Origin: an uncultured virus (IMG/VR IMGVR_UViG_2843834578_000006)
Taxonomy: Duplodnaviria > Heunggongvirae > Uroviricota > Caudoviricetes
Virus record (IMG/VR): IMGVR_UViG_2843834578_000006
Direction: 5' to 3' (one strand)
Length of the DNA stretch: 64,000 nucleotides
In this document: positions 1 to 9,638 of the stretch, one piece after another
Position numbering within the stretch: position 1 is the first letter of the stretch
Layout: every line of letters begins with the position of its first letter
Notes under the pieces: model-generated
Seen by the model: only the letters and a program-made list of their open reading frames with translations
Databases searched by the model: none
What the model was told of the DNA's origin: nothing
Made by a program: the position numbers and the translations under genes

Positions 1-23
1 TTTAAGTTGCAAAAGGCTAAACG

Positions 24-57
24 AAAATCACCGCTTGTAGTAACAAGCGGTGATTTT
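24..57. terminator. Bidirectional hairpin built from an inverted pair of Actinobacillus-type DNA uptake signal sequences
   Basis: AAAATCACCGCTTGT-agta-ACAAGCGGTGATTTT perfect inverted repeat directly beyond the stop of the minus-strand gene. Confidence 0.85.
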
Positions 58-60
58 TTC

Positions 61-863
61 TCAACGACTTGCAATTAATGAAGCCATTCTGCTTTTTCTA
101 CCACGGTGTAACGTGTCACCATTATATTTTAATCGCACTTTTTCTTGGCGAGTATTTTCTGATTTCAACTCTCTACCTATATCATAAAACCCTGTACTCC
201 AGATATTTTGAGTAATATCCGCTTTTACAATAATATCATTGAAGCCGTTGGTCTGTTTGTTATCCATTTGCAATACCAAGTTTGTGTTTCCGTTTTGGTT
301 TCTTTATCATCTAAAATAGACCAAAAAGTCATCGGGTAATCAAAAACAAGTTTTAACTTTTCTTTTTCCGGCACAAATAACATCAAATGATCATTTGCAG
401 AATACTCAGGAGCACTTGGACCACGAGCAGCATTATTAAACCTCACGCCGAAAGCTCTTACTTTGTCGTTTAGAATATAACGGGCGGTATCAATTTTAAG
501 ACTATCTGCATTCACATCGATAGAGGCATCGATCTCCATATCCTGCTCCCACGATTGCAATATCGCATTATCATTCACACGAGCAACAAAAAGCGTCCAC
601 TTAGGTGTGTTTTCGTCGTTTTGATAATTTTCTTTGCTGTATTTAGGCTCTATTACCGCATAACTCACTAAGGTTTCCGTTGAATTGTTAGGAGCTGTTT
701 TACAGGCAGAAGCTAAAGTACGAGCAGAAAGTTTCTCTTGAGAAATCTTAAAGTAATGAGCAATAATTTGATGTTGTTGCTCAGCACAAACCTGTGTGTT
801 ATTACCTTCATCTGCTTGAGTTGCAAGCGTAAGTAAAAGAACTAAGAGGAGTATCTTTTTCAT
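61..863 (-). pseudogene. Host exported protein, frameshifted near 280 (ORFs 225..863 and 61..279)
   Basis: Signal peptide MKKILLLVLLLTLATQA; IDTARY..VRAFGVR motif; plausible C-terminus continues in another frame (LVLQMDNKQTNGFNDII). Confidence 0.6.
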
Positions 864-906
864 ATAGATTTATCCGTATAGAAAGATAACTCATTCTATG
901 GGGTAC

Positions 907-1070
907 TGACTCTTTTTGCATAGAGAGAAAGAAAAAAATTTGGTCGGAAAAATAACGGCGAGCCTAGCGAAAACAAGGGTTCGCCGTTATTGTTTGGTTG
1001 GAGCTATGCAAAAAACAAAATGAGCAGGATTAGAAAAAAATGAGCAGTTTTTGCGATATTTTTTGCATAG
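907..1070 (+). repeat. Putative Mu left end (attL) with transposase-binding repeats
   Basis: TG at 907 followed by TTTTTGCATAG at 913-923, inverted at 1004-1014, direct at 1060-1070; lies between host gene and repressor. Confidence 0.6.
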
Positions 1071-1104
1071 GTTTGATCGGTTTTAAAACTATTTTAAATC
1101 TGTT

Positions 1105-1824
1105 TTAAACTAAAGAGTGTCCGATGTGGACTACCTGCCCGATGATTTGGAGGTTTTGAGCTTCTTCGGCGGTAATCTGTATTGGGCGGTAGGACTCGTT
1201 ATCGCTAATTAATTCAATATAGTCCCATTCTTTTCTAATCCGTTTAACCCATACGCTTTCCCCATTCTGCACAAGATAAATCTTATCATCACCACGAGGC
1301 TCTCGTTTGCTGAAATCTACCAGCATTTGGTCACTGTCTGCAATGGTAGGGTGCATTGATGTTCCATTTGCCCAAAACACGCCGCAGTTGTGGGCTTTTA
1401 CGCCGAGGCTTTGCAGCAGGCTGTCGGCGTAAGGTTCTTGCCCGTCTGGCTTCGTTACGCCCTCGTTAAAGCTGCCAAAGCCTGCTGAAACGTTGATTGT
1501 TCTGAAGCTGTTAATCATTGAAACAATATCATCAGCCATTTTTTCTAGTCGCTCAAACTCTCTTGCCACAATACTGGTATTCTCTGATTGTGGTTTGCTT
1601 TCCTTACCTGTTGCCAGCCATTCAAGGCTCACATTTGACACCTCTGCTATTTTTACAAGATTTGAACGAGATGGATCTGCCTCTCCTTTTACCCACCTAG
1701 ATAGTGATGCTTGGGCTACCCCCACTGCTCTTGCAAACTCACTGTAATTGTCCTTAAAGCTATTTTTTGCAATCCATTTCATTCTTTCTGAGAAGCTCTC
1801 ATCGTAAATGTTTGGTTTACTCAT
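1105..1824 (-). CDS. Phage repressor, XRE HTH + S24 peptidase
   Basis: N-terminal HTH (SEFARAVGVAQASLSRW), AG cleavage site (VSAGFG), GTSMHP and VKR catalytic motifs; divergent from ner. Confidence 0.93.
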   Translation of the reverse strand: MSKPNIYDESFSERMKWIAKNSFKDNYSEFARAVGVAQASLSRWVKGEADPSRSNLVKIAEVSNVSLEWLATGKESKPQSENTSIVAREFERLEKMADDIVSMINSFRTINVSAGFGSFNEGVTKPDGQEPYADSLLQSLGVKAHNCGVFWANGTSMHPTIADSDQMLVDFSKREPRGDDKIYLVQNGESVWVKRIRKEWDYIELISDNESYRPIQITAEEAQNLQIIGQVVHIGHSLV

Positions 1825-1991
1825 CTTTTACGTTTCCATTAATAAAGTTTTACTCGTAAAACATACTCATAAACCATTGATTTTTAAGTTATTTATGAAT
1901 AAAGCAAAAATATTTTAGATGTTTTTATGTTTTACGGTTGATTTGTTTAAAGTTTTACGGTTAAATACACGCATCAAATAGATAAAAAGAG
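1825..1991. promoter_or_regulatory. Divergent repressor/ner promoter-operator region
   Basis: AT-rich; palindrome GTTTTACTCGTAAAAC (~1847-1862); repeated TTTACGGTT. Confidence 0.55.
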
Positions 1992-2000
1992 GTGTATCGA

Positions 2001-2279
2001 ATGAGTGTATTAAACGATGTTAAAAAAACCGCACAGAGAGATTGGCATAAAGCCGATATTCTTGCGGAACTTCGTAAAAAAGGTTGGTCACTTCGTTCTT
2101 TGGCTAAAGCAGGCAATGTTAGCCATAACACGCTGAAGTCTGTTTTAGACAAGCCTTACCCCAAAATGGAACGCTTAGTTGCAAATGCCATAGGGGTTGC
2201 CCCTGAAGTGATTTGGGCTGGGCGAACAGCAGAACGCATTGAACGTAATCGGCGACCAACTTTAACTAATAAGTTTTAA
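2001..2279 (+). CDS. ner: Ner-like DNA-binding protein
   Basis: DWHKADILAELRKKGWSLRSLAK..PYPKMERLVANAIGVAPEVIW is the Ner/SfsB pattern; ATG 2001 (GTG 1992 alternative). Confidence 0.92.
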   Translation: MSVLNDVKKTAQRDWHKADILAELRKKGWSLRSLAKAGNVSHNTLKSVLDKPYPKMERLVANAIGVAPEVIWAGRTAERIERNRRPTLTNKF

Positions 2280-2323
2280 TCATAAATGATCTTTAACGTA
2301 AAAGATATAGGAGAAGAACATTT

Positions 2324-3092
2324 ATGAGCGAATTAAGTTTAAAAACGCACTATTCAGTGGCTGAATTGTTAAGTTTTAAGTTATCTAGCCTACCAAGTGC
2401 TCATAAAAATGTGCTTGAGAAAGCAATAAGGGAAAACTGGCAATCTCAAAAACGCAAAGGCAGAGGCGGCGGGGTTGAATATGAATTAATCAGTTTACCC
2501 ACCGAAGTCCAACAGGAAATCCGCACCAAGTTACTCAAACTTCTTCCTGCTGAAATCAGCAAAGGCGAATTGAGTGTAGTGCGACAAAACATTGATTTGG
2601 AGCAGATAACCGATAAACAACTTTCTACGGCAGATGCTCGCATTATGGTGGTGCGGTGGTTCTTGATGCAGGAAGTGCAGTTGGGGCTAAGCCGCACAAA
2701 AACGCTAGACCAAGTCATTGCAGCGGTGGCAAGCAGTGAAATTCCTGCTGAAATTTGCAAAGCGATTATGGCGGGCAATAGTAAAGCCGGTGGAAAGTTA
2801 AAGCTATCTAAACGCACCTTGCATAGTTGGGTGCTGGCGTATGAGGCAGGCGAAAATTCAGCGGAACGGTTAAAACAGATGATACCGCTGAAAACACAAA
2901 AACGTGCCGTGCCCGAGCGGTGTGGTTGGTTGCAAGCCTTTCTGCCGTTTTATCAAACCTTTAGCAATGTGGCACTCACACAGGCTTATGCTCAATTTGC
3001 AATGCAGTATGAGGGCGAAGATTTACCTACAGAGAGCCAAGTTCGGTATGCCTTGAAGCAGTTGCCCGATTATGTGGTGCAACAAGGGCGGA
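2324..3092 (+). pseudogene. Mu transposase A, N-terminal fragment (no DDE core), cut at junction
   Basis: Mu-type HTH (RENWQSQKRKGRGGGVEY); follows ner; sequence switches to tail sheath at 3093. Confidence 0.85.
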
Positions 3093-3606
3093 AATTGCCG
3101 GTGAAGAAGATCCGGCTCGCCCGTTAAATACCCTTGAAGTTAAAGGCTTAACGGTCGTAGATGACTCGCAGAAACCGTTATTTAGCGAAGTAAACCAAGC
3201 GTTATATCACGGTTTAAGCCCGATTGAGGTGGTGGCAAGCCGTGTGCAGATTACCCGTGCGATTACTACATACACCAAAAACGTGACGAATACTGATGAC
3301 CCAAGCTATTTGGATTTAACCACCATTCGTACGCTTGACTATGTGCGTAAGGCAATCCAAACCCGTCAGCGTTTGCGTTTCCCTCGTGCGAAAAACTCCC
3401 ACCGTATTGTGGCAAAAGTACGCTCGGAGATTTTAGATGTGCTTTATCAGCTTGAGGGCGAAGAGGTAATCGAAAATGTGGAAGCGTGGAAAAATCGCTT
3501 ATTAGTGGTGCGTAATCAAGACCCGACTTACTTGGATTTAGAAATCCCTGCGGATGTGGTTAATGGCTTGCACGTTATTCGTAACAAAATTACGTTAATT
3601 TTATAG
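3093..3606 (+). CDS. Mu-like tail sheath, C-terminal part (continues 30979..31894)
   Basis: Frame reads IAGEEDPARPLNTLEVKG...RAITTY...IPADVVNGLH; first 20 bp identical to 31875-31894. Confidence 0.9.
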
Positions 3607-3616
3607 GGGGTGCTAG

Positions 3617-3991
3617 ATGTCAATTGTTTATGAAGGCTCTTGCGTGCTTGAGGTAGATGGCGTTGAGATTGAAATTACCAAACTTGATGTAAAAACCGTA
3701 ACCGGTCGCAAGCTGGTTAAAACGATGAACAGTTCCGGACGTGCAAGAGGTTATTCGCAAGGCATTGCGGAATATACCCTCTCGGTGACTGCAGTTGAGC
3801 CTCAAGACGGTTCGGTAATTGATTGGGATAACATTAAAAATGCGAAGCTCACTAAATACCCGTTAGACAATAGCGAAAAACGCACCTCTTATTTAGGCTG
3901 TTTTACTACCGATGTGAGCGAGTCTTACACCGTTGATGGTGAGTCGGTGCGTGATATTCAACTCAACGCATTGCGTAAGGTGAATGAATAA
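3617..3991 (+). CDS. Tail tube protein
   Basis: 124 aa directly after sheath; beta-rich Mu-like tube. Confidence 0.75.
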   Translation: MSIVYEGSCVLEVDGVEIEITKLDVKTVTGRKLVKTMNSSGRARGYSQGIAEYTLSVTAVEPQDGSVIDWDNIKNAKLTKYPLDNSEKRTSYLGCFTTDVSESYTVDGESVRDIQLNALRKVNE

Positions 3992-4359
3992 TGAAAATCA
4001 CTTTAAATCTTGGCATTGAATATAACGGGAAAATTCGCCGTGATTGTACGGTGCGATTGCTGACGATGGGCGGTCAATGCACGGCTCAAGAAATGATTGC
4101 GGATTTAGGGTTTGAGGAAAACTCGGAAGCCCTATCAAAGCGTGAACAAACCTTGGTCGATATGGCTTACCTTTCGCAGCAAGTTACCTTTGATGGTATT
4201 TATCAAGGTAATGTGACGGCTCAATTTTTATTTGACAATTTAGCTACCGAAGACTACTGGCAGTTGATTGAGGCAACGCTCACACTCCGAAAAAAGCGGT
4301 TAGAAAATGGGGTGAGCCAAAGCGAGAGCGAAAGCCCGGCAAATCCCGATTTGGCGTAG
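3991..4359 (+). CDS. Tail assembly chaperone (Mu gp41-like)
   Basis: Between tube and tape measure; contains A-AAA-AAG at 4290-4296. Confidence 0.75.
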   Translation: MKITLNLGIEYNGKIRRDCTVRLLTMGGQCTAQEMIADLGFEENSEALSKREQTLVDMAYLSQQVTFDGIYQGNVTAQFLFDNLATEDYWQLIEATLTLRKKRLENGVSQSESESPANPDLA

Positions 4360-4577
4360 CAGAAGCCTTTAAGCAGTACCGACAAGCGGTGATTTTACTC
4401 TCAAAATTTGCAATTACCGCCGAGCAGGTATGGCAAATGCCGTTGCTTGAGGTATTTGCGTGGATTGAGAGCTACTTGGAGAGTGAGGGCGTAAAAACAC
4501 CGCATAGCCCAATGGGTGCGAATAGCGAAGTGAAACGCGAAAGCTATGTCTTTACTCGGTGTGGCAAAATTGAATAG
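4290..4577 (+). CDS. -1 frame extension of tail assembly chaperone (G/GT-like)
   Basis: -1 frame open from the slippery site to 4577, in frame with ORF 4389..4577. Confidence 0.7.
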   Translation, partial: KKAVRKWGEPKRERKPGKSRFGVAEAFKQYRQAVILLSKFAITAEQVWQMPLLEVFAWIESYLESEGVKTPHSPMGANSEVKRESYVFTRCGKIE

Positions 4578-4597
4578 GGGCGAAAGCCCCTTTTTTG
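4577..4597 (+). terminator. Rho-independent terminator
   Basis: GGGGC-GAAA-GCCCC followed by T7. Confidence 0.7.
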
Positions 4598-4629
4598 TAC
4601 TTTAAAATTAGTTTAAAGAGACTTTAAAA

Positions 4630-4972
4630 ATGGCAAAAAATATGAAAGTGCAACTGGAATTGACGGCAAAAGATACTGCCTCCCCAGTTTTAAACCAAGC
4701 CGCTAAAACCGCCGAAAAAGCCTTTAAAAATACAGAGCGAGCGGCACAAAAAAGTGGCAATGCTCAAACGCAAGCAGCACAGAAAGCAGCGAATGCTACA
4801 GAAAGCTCAAATCGGAAAATAGAACAGAGTTACCGTAATGCCCGCCGAGTGGCTGCCGATGTGAGCCGAGCCCGTGAAACATTAGGTGTTCGGGCGGAAA
4901 ATGCAATCCAACGCGAAATTGAACAAACTCGTGCAGCCTATGACCGCTTAAAACGCTCAGGTGTTGCCTCGC
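4630..4972 (+). CDS. Tape measure protein, N-terminal fragment
   Basis: MAKNMKVQLELTAKD start, Ala/Lys/Gln-rich helix; continues on minus strand from 11582. Confidence 0.85.
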
Positions 4973-5009
4973 CCAATGCCTTGCCGTGTTTAGAGTTAAT
5001 CGTTACCAT
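4973..5009 (-). pseudogene. First 12 codons of gp48-like baseplate gene, cut at junction
   Basis: ATG overlapping gp47 stop (TGATG): MVTINSKHGKAL. Confidence 0.55.
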
Positions 5010-6070
5010 CACATCAACTCCACAGTTACATCACCCAATCTGAACCAGCCCATTTCACGGTAGGCATCAATCGTTTGGTTTCTGGTTGGCTGTACAATCT
5101 CACGATCTACTACGCCCACTAAATCACTAATTACTGCCTCAATTTGCGAAATAATTAAGGTGTCAGCAGGTTTGAGTGATAAAAAATAATTCTCTAAAGC
5201 GTTTTCGATTTCCGCTTTTACACCATCAAGCGTCGTATCCGTATCAAGTTGCACTTTGATGTTAAAATTGACCCGTTTTTCAACTGGCTTAAGTACATAA
5301 ACCGATTTAGCCGTAACAGGGCGGACTTCATCAATATAAGCTTGAGTTGCTCGCACGATTTCATCACTTGGCACGGTATCACCTGAGGTGATTGCAATAT
5401 CTACCGTACCCTCGCCACGCCGTAATGGATAAACAAACGCAGAGGTTACGCCATCAACGCTTTCTGCCCATTGGCGGAAGTCATTTTTATTCCCGCCTGA
5501 CGGTGGTCGGCGAATCTGCTCTAATAACCGAGCCAGCAATGCCGCATCGCTTTCCACTTCCGTCCCGCCTGTCACATCAGGCAATAACAAGCAATCGCTT
5601 GATACGCCAGCAGGAGCAGCAGTCAGTTGTGCTTTACTTTCAGATTTAACATTGCTTGATGCCCCTGTTGCCATTGAAATCACTCGCACCGTTGCAGAGC
5701 CATCATCACCAATAACGTCCGAGCTTTTGGTTACATAAAAACGCTCGCCAAATTTAACTTGCAAGCCCTCATTGATTACTGAGCCAGCAGTACCAAAAAC
5801 TTTCAACGAACCACTCGCATAGGTCGCATTTTTACGGTAAAGATTTCGCAATTTAGCGTGCATTTCGAGGTATTCGGAGTCTGCCGTATCTGGGAAATAC
5901 TGACGAACAATCCAGTTTTGGTGAGCATACAGCCCCACCACACAGCTTGCCAAAGCGGAGGCACGAACAAAATAATCCGAATCCACCTCAATATCAGCAG
6001 TTGGCTCTAAAGATTGAATATCTCGCAGAATTTCTCTTCTAACATCTTCAAGCGTTGGGATTTGATACAT
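5009..6070 (-). CDS. Baseplate J / Mu gp47 family
   Basis: GGTEVESDAALLARLL..RRPPSGGNKNDFRQWAESVDGV..YPLRRGEGTVD signature. Confidence 0.93.
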   Translation of the reverse strand: MYQIPTLEDVRREILRDIQSLEPTADIEVDSDYFVRASALASCVVGLYAHQNWIVRQYFPDTADSEYLEMHAKLRNLYRKNATYASGSLKVFGTAGSVINEGLQVKFGERFYVTKSSDVIGDDGSATVRVISMATGASSNVKSESKAQLTAAPAGVSSDCLLLPDVTGGTEVESDAALLARLLEQIRRPPSGGNKNDFRQWAESVDGVTSAFVYPLRRGEGTVDIAITSGDTVPSDEIVRATQAYIDEVRPVTAKSVYVLKPVEKRVNFNIKVQLDTDTTLDGVKAEIENALENYFLSLKPADTLIISQIEAVISDLVGVVDREIVQPTRNQTIDAYREMGWFRLGDVTVELM

Positions 6071-6082
6071 TTTAAAAACCAC

Positions 6083-6433
6083 CTAAACCAGTTTTACAGG
6101 GTGTTTAAACTCAAATTTAACCCCACGATTATCAATAACGGAGATTAAAAGATTTAACGAGCCGTCTTTTGGCTGCTCGTGTGTCACCGTAATGCTTTTG
6201 GCTCGTCCGTCATCAATAATCGGCTGCAAAGCCTCTTCGGCGTACTGTTGAGCTAATAGCCCCACACGGCTTAAATCTTTCTCACGTTGAATAAGATGGA
6301 GCAGAGAACCTACACGCCCATCTGCCCACCACGAGCCTTTCGGAGTAGTTAGTCTGATATACACGGCATTTTGCAGTGTAGTTATATTTTCACTTGTATA
6401 GTCCCGAGTGAGCGGGCTGATTTCTCTGTCCAT
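6083..6433 (-). CDS. Mu gp46 family baseplate protein
   Basis: GSWWAD..GSLLHLIQREK..AQQYAEEALQP. Confidence 0.9.
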   Translation of the reverse strand: MDREISPLTRDYTSENITTLQNAVYIRLTTPKGSWWADGRVGSLLHLIQREKDLSRVGLLAQQYAEEALQPIIDDGRAKSITVTHEQPKDGSLNLLISVIDNRGVKFEFKHPVKLV

Positions 6434-6461
6434 ATTGCTATGGTAGAGACATTAAAGACAG

Positions 6462-6485
6462 GAGTAACGGGGAGAGACTTCCACA
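6462..6485 (-). promoter_or_regulatory. Putative Mor/C-type late promoter motif
   Basis: TGTGGAAGtctCTCCCCGTTACTC, also at 19376 and 27282. Confidence 0.65.
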
Positions 6486-6551
6486 AATGGCAAGCGGTCT
6501 TTTTCTACAAAAAATTTGCAAAATTAGACCGCTTGTAAATTAGCTTGTAAG

Positions 6552-7214
6552 TTAAATTGGAGCAGAGGTAGGTCTGCCATCGCCTTGTTCGTTGTGTTGA
6601 TGTGTAACCAGTGATTTACCCGATGCCACCACATCACCATCAGTTGAGATACTGCCTCCTTGTTGTGTTAATGAGCCAGTGAAACTTGCACCACTTCCGC
6701 CTTGAACTACCATTCCACCGTTGCCGCTGATCTGCCCTTGAGACACAAACTGCTGGTCGGTTTCTAGTTTCGGGGTGTTAAAATTTGCTCCACCGCTTGC
6801 GGTGACGGAATATTGCTTGCATTTAATGTTAAAGCTATCGCACTCAATATCAATCACTCGCCCGTTTTTTAATATGATAGTTGAGCCGCTTGAATCATAA
6901 ATAGCCGTCTCACCATTTTTTAGATTTTTAACCCTAAACGAGCCGTTTTCAGTCGCCACAATAATACCGTGCGTGGTTTTACCACCTAAGGGGATAACAA
7001 CCGCTTGCGTGCCGGCAGGTGGCACGGAAGTGAAACCAAAATGCTGCATTAGCTCTAAATCTTGGATAGTTTCGTCCGCTAAAGCGGACACCTGTACCTG
7101 CTGAATATCACTGCCACTCTTGACTAAATTTAATACCCCTCTAAAAGCAGCACGCACGCTATCTTGCACACCTTTTGCCACCTCTTTAGTCTGTTTTGCT
7201 AATTTTCTCATCAT
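6552..7214 (-). CDS. Baseplate spike / Mu gp45 (gpV-like)
   Basis: ELMQHFGFTSVPPAG; C-terminal HxH (THQH). Confidence 0.92.
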   Translation of the reverse strand: MMRKLAKQTKEVAKGVQDSVRAAFRGVLNLVKSGSDIQQVQVSALADETIQDLELMQHFGFTSVPPAGTQAVVIPLGGKTTHGIIVATENGSFRVKNLKNGETAIYDSSGSTIILKNGRVIDIECDSFNIKCKQYSVTASGGANFNTPKLETDQQFVSQGQISGNGGMVVQGGSGASFTGSLTQQGGSISTDGDVVASGKSLVTHQHNEQGDGRPTSAPI

Positions 7215-7215
7215 A

Positions 7216-8343
7216 TTATTTTCCCAACTCCCACGAGCCTACATATTCTACAGGCTCTTTTTTCTTACGTCCTTTTTTGCCTTTACGCTTGCGAGCCTCT
7301 TGTGCTTTAGCTTGATAAGCATCAGGTGTCCACACGCCATCCAGTTTTAACCGCAATTCGGTGGTTGTGCCACCCGTGCGAGAGAGTCGAAAACGTCGCC
7401 CCATTAAAAAGAAAATACCATCTAAATCATACTCCTCACATACCACGTGCACACGTTGCCCAGCTTGCCACAACGTGCCGTCTTTGGTTTTATGGTCAGG
7501 TACAATAATCGTGAGGTTAAATGACTCCAACTGCCAATCTGATACCTGTTTTTTCGCCTGTTTCATCAAGGCTTCGAGGTTCTCCACATCGCCCAGCACG
7601 ATAGTTTTCGGTTTATAAAGCTCCATTTCCTCATTTTTATACACCCATTTAAAATCGTGCTTGGCATTATCAGAATCTTTGCCGTGTTTTTGAGCAAGAA
7701 AAGTGACCTCCGAATAGCTTTGCGACACATCATAAGAAAGTGTTGCATCAACAAAGTTATTTTTACGGCTATCCCCCGACTCTTTCACGCAATATAACGT
7801 GGCAACGGGCGGTTGAGCGTAATCCGCACCGCCGACAATTAACACGCCTTTGGGGTCAAACCAACAATGCAAACCTGCCGAGTTGGCACACCGCATAATC
7901 GCCTCCCACGCCGATTCACCCACATCAATATCCACCTTGCTTAAAGTCGGGTTTTTCTCGGCTTTCAGTTGCACCTCTTTAATCCCAAGAGGGGTTACAA
8001 TTTTTTTAACAGCATCAAGCAAAGAGAGCCCTTGCACATTGGTAATCGGGGCAGAGCAATCCACCAAAATAGCGGCTTTATCACGTCCATTTAGGCTAAA
8101 CCCACGCCCGCTTTTGCTAATGGTGTGATGTGTGGTATCCACAATGCCAGTGAGCACCGTTTTGCCATTGATTTTAACTATTGCCGTTTTGCCCGAATAA
8201 TTAGGTAAAACCTCTATATTGCTAGATTTACCCAACTCAAAATTAAAACTATCAGCAGGAATTAAAAAATCGCTGTCAATATCATAACTTTTCCAGTTTT
8301 TATGCTGCGAGCCGTCAATCTCCACCACAATTTCATTTTCCAT
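7216..8343 (-). CDS. Baseplate hub / Mu gp44 (tail protein P)
   Basis: WKSYDIDSDFLIPADSF..GRDKAAILVDCSAP. Confidence 0.9.
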   Translation of the reverse strand: MENEIVVEIDGSQHKNWKSYDIDSDFLIPADSFNFELGKSSNIEVLPNYSGKTAIVKINGKTVLTGIVDTTHHTISKSGRGFSLNGRDKAAILVDCSAPITNVQGLSLLDAVKKIVTPLGIKEVQLKAEKNPTLSKVDIDVGESAWEAIMRCANSAGLHCWFDPKGVLIVGGADYAQPPVATLYCVKESGDSRKNNFVDATLSYDVSQSYSEVTFLAQKHGKDSDNAKHDFKWVYKNEEMELYKPKTIVLGDVENLEALMKQAKKQVSDWQLESFNLTIIVPDHKTKDGTLWQAGQRVHVVCEEYDLDGIFFLMGRRFRLSRTGGTTTELRLKLDGVWTPDAYQAKAQEARKRKGKKGRKKKEPVEYVGSWELGK

Positions 8344-8345
8344 TT

Positions 8346-9638
8346 TTACTCCCAATAACAATTTAACAGCGTGCCTCGCTCAATAAAGTTTGGCTGGCGA
8401 ATATGCGGATTAAGACGTAATAGCTCATCCGCTCGCTCATAATCCCCATAAAAGGCGTGAGCTACTTTATGGATTGTGCCGCTATCCATTACCATTCGCA
8501 CGGTCAAAGGCGGTTTTTTATTAATTACCGCAAGCACAAGTGCAGTAAACTGATGGGCAACATTACGGATATTGTTGATCAGCTTTTCTGCGGTCTCGTA
8601 GATAACTTTTGTCTTATCACTCGGCACGCCTTTTTGAGTGTTCTTCTGTTGCTCACGCAGTTTGTTGATAATATTCAGCCAATGCTCACGCACAATTTGG
8701 TTAATTAACTCTAAATCACCAATTAGCAGCTCTTCCTCACGCTCTTCTACCAGCTCAGTCAAGACTTTGGTGAGCTTAGTCGTGGCAATAAGGTCAAGCA
8801 TAATGCCAAGCTCAACCACATCAGAGCCAAGTAACTTAACCGTTTTTGAGCGGTTAAAACCCTCATCTCTAGCCACTTTGCTCACAATCGCCTGAGTGTT
8901 ATCTATCGCATCAGTAATATTGAGTAACTGAGATTTAAACGAGAGTGTCGTTAAATCAGCACGCCCCTGAATACCGCTATCCACCATTTCTTTTAACTGA
9001 TTCAATGCCCCCGAACCGTCTCTTAAATAGGTGCGTTGTGAGGTTGATGAGGCAATGCTGTATTTTTTCTTGTCCAAGTCAAACAGGTTACGCACCGCCT
9101 CAAACGAGGCAAACAACGCCCCCCAAAGCCCAAGCAAACGAGATTTCAGATCAAACACCCCAACGCTATCCCAAAAACGCAAGCCATCATCAAACAGGTT
9201 TTCGAGATCAAGTAGCAGCTTGTCGATTTTCGAAATCAGCGAATCTTCAAAGGCAAAAATCGGCTGCATTTCGGTTGCCTCTTTAAAGGTCAAATCTAAG
9301 GCAACATAATTGATATTTTCGGCATCGGTATGTAGATTCGCCGAAACGAGTAACATATTCGGTAAACGCCCACGAATAGGGTGGACTAATACATCAGCCC
9401 CTTTTTGCTGCAAAACTGAAAGTAAGCGGATATAGTCCGTGTAATAGCTTGAGCCAAAAAAGACCGCTTGCAGCCGAATAGTTTGGGTGTTTAGCCCCAT
9501 ATCCTCTAAATCAGCCCCATTTACAAAAGGGTAGGCGTGTTCAACTACCGCTCGCTCAAAGCTATCATCCACTGCAAGCACGTCAAAACGCACACCTTTA
9601 AAACTCGCCTGTTGAATAGGCATTGTCCAACCGCTCAT
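8346..9638 (-). CDS. DNA circularisation protein (Mu gpN)
   Basis: ASFKGVRFDV..VEHAYPFVNGADLEDMG; C-terminal ELLRLNPHIRQPNFI. Confidence 0.92.
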   Translation of the reverse strand: MSGWTMPIQQASFKGVRFDVLAVDDSFERAVVEHAYPFVNGADLEDMGLNTQTIRLQAVFFGSSYYTDYIRLLSVLQQKGADVLVHPIRGRLPNMLLVSANLHTDAENINYVALDLTFKEATEMQPIFAFEDSLISKIDKLLLDLENLFDDGLRFWDSVGVFDLKSRLLGLWGALFASFEAVRNLFDLDKKKYSIASSTSQRTYLRDGSGALNQLKEMVDSGIQGRADLTTLSFKSQLLNITDAIDNTQAIVSKVARDEGFNRSKTVKLLGSDVVELGIMLDLIATTKLTKVLTELVEEREEELLIGDLELINQIVREHWLNIINKLREQQKNTQKGVPSDKTKVIYETAEKLINNIRNVAHQFTALVLAVINKKPPLTVRMVMDSGTIHKVAHAFYGDYERADELLRLNPHIRQPNFIERGTLLNCYWE

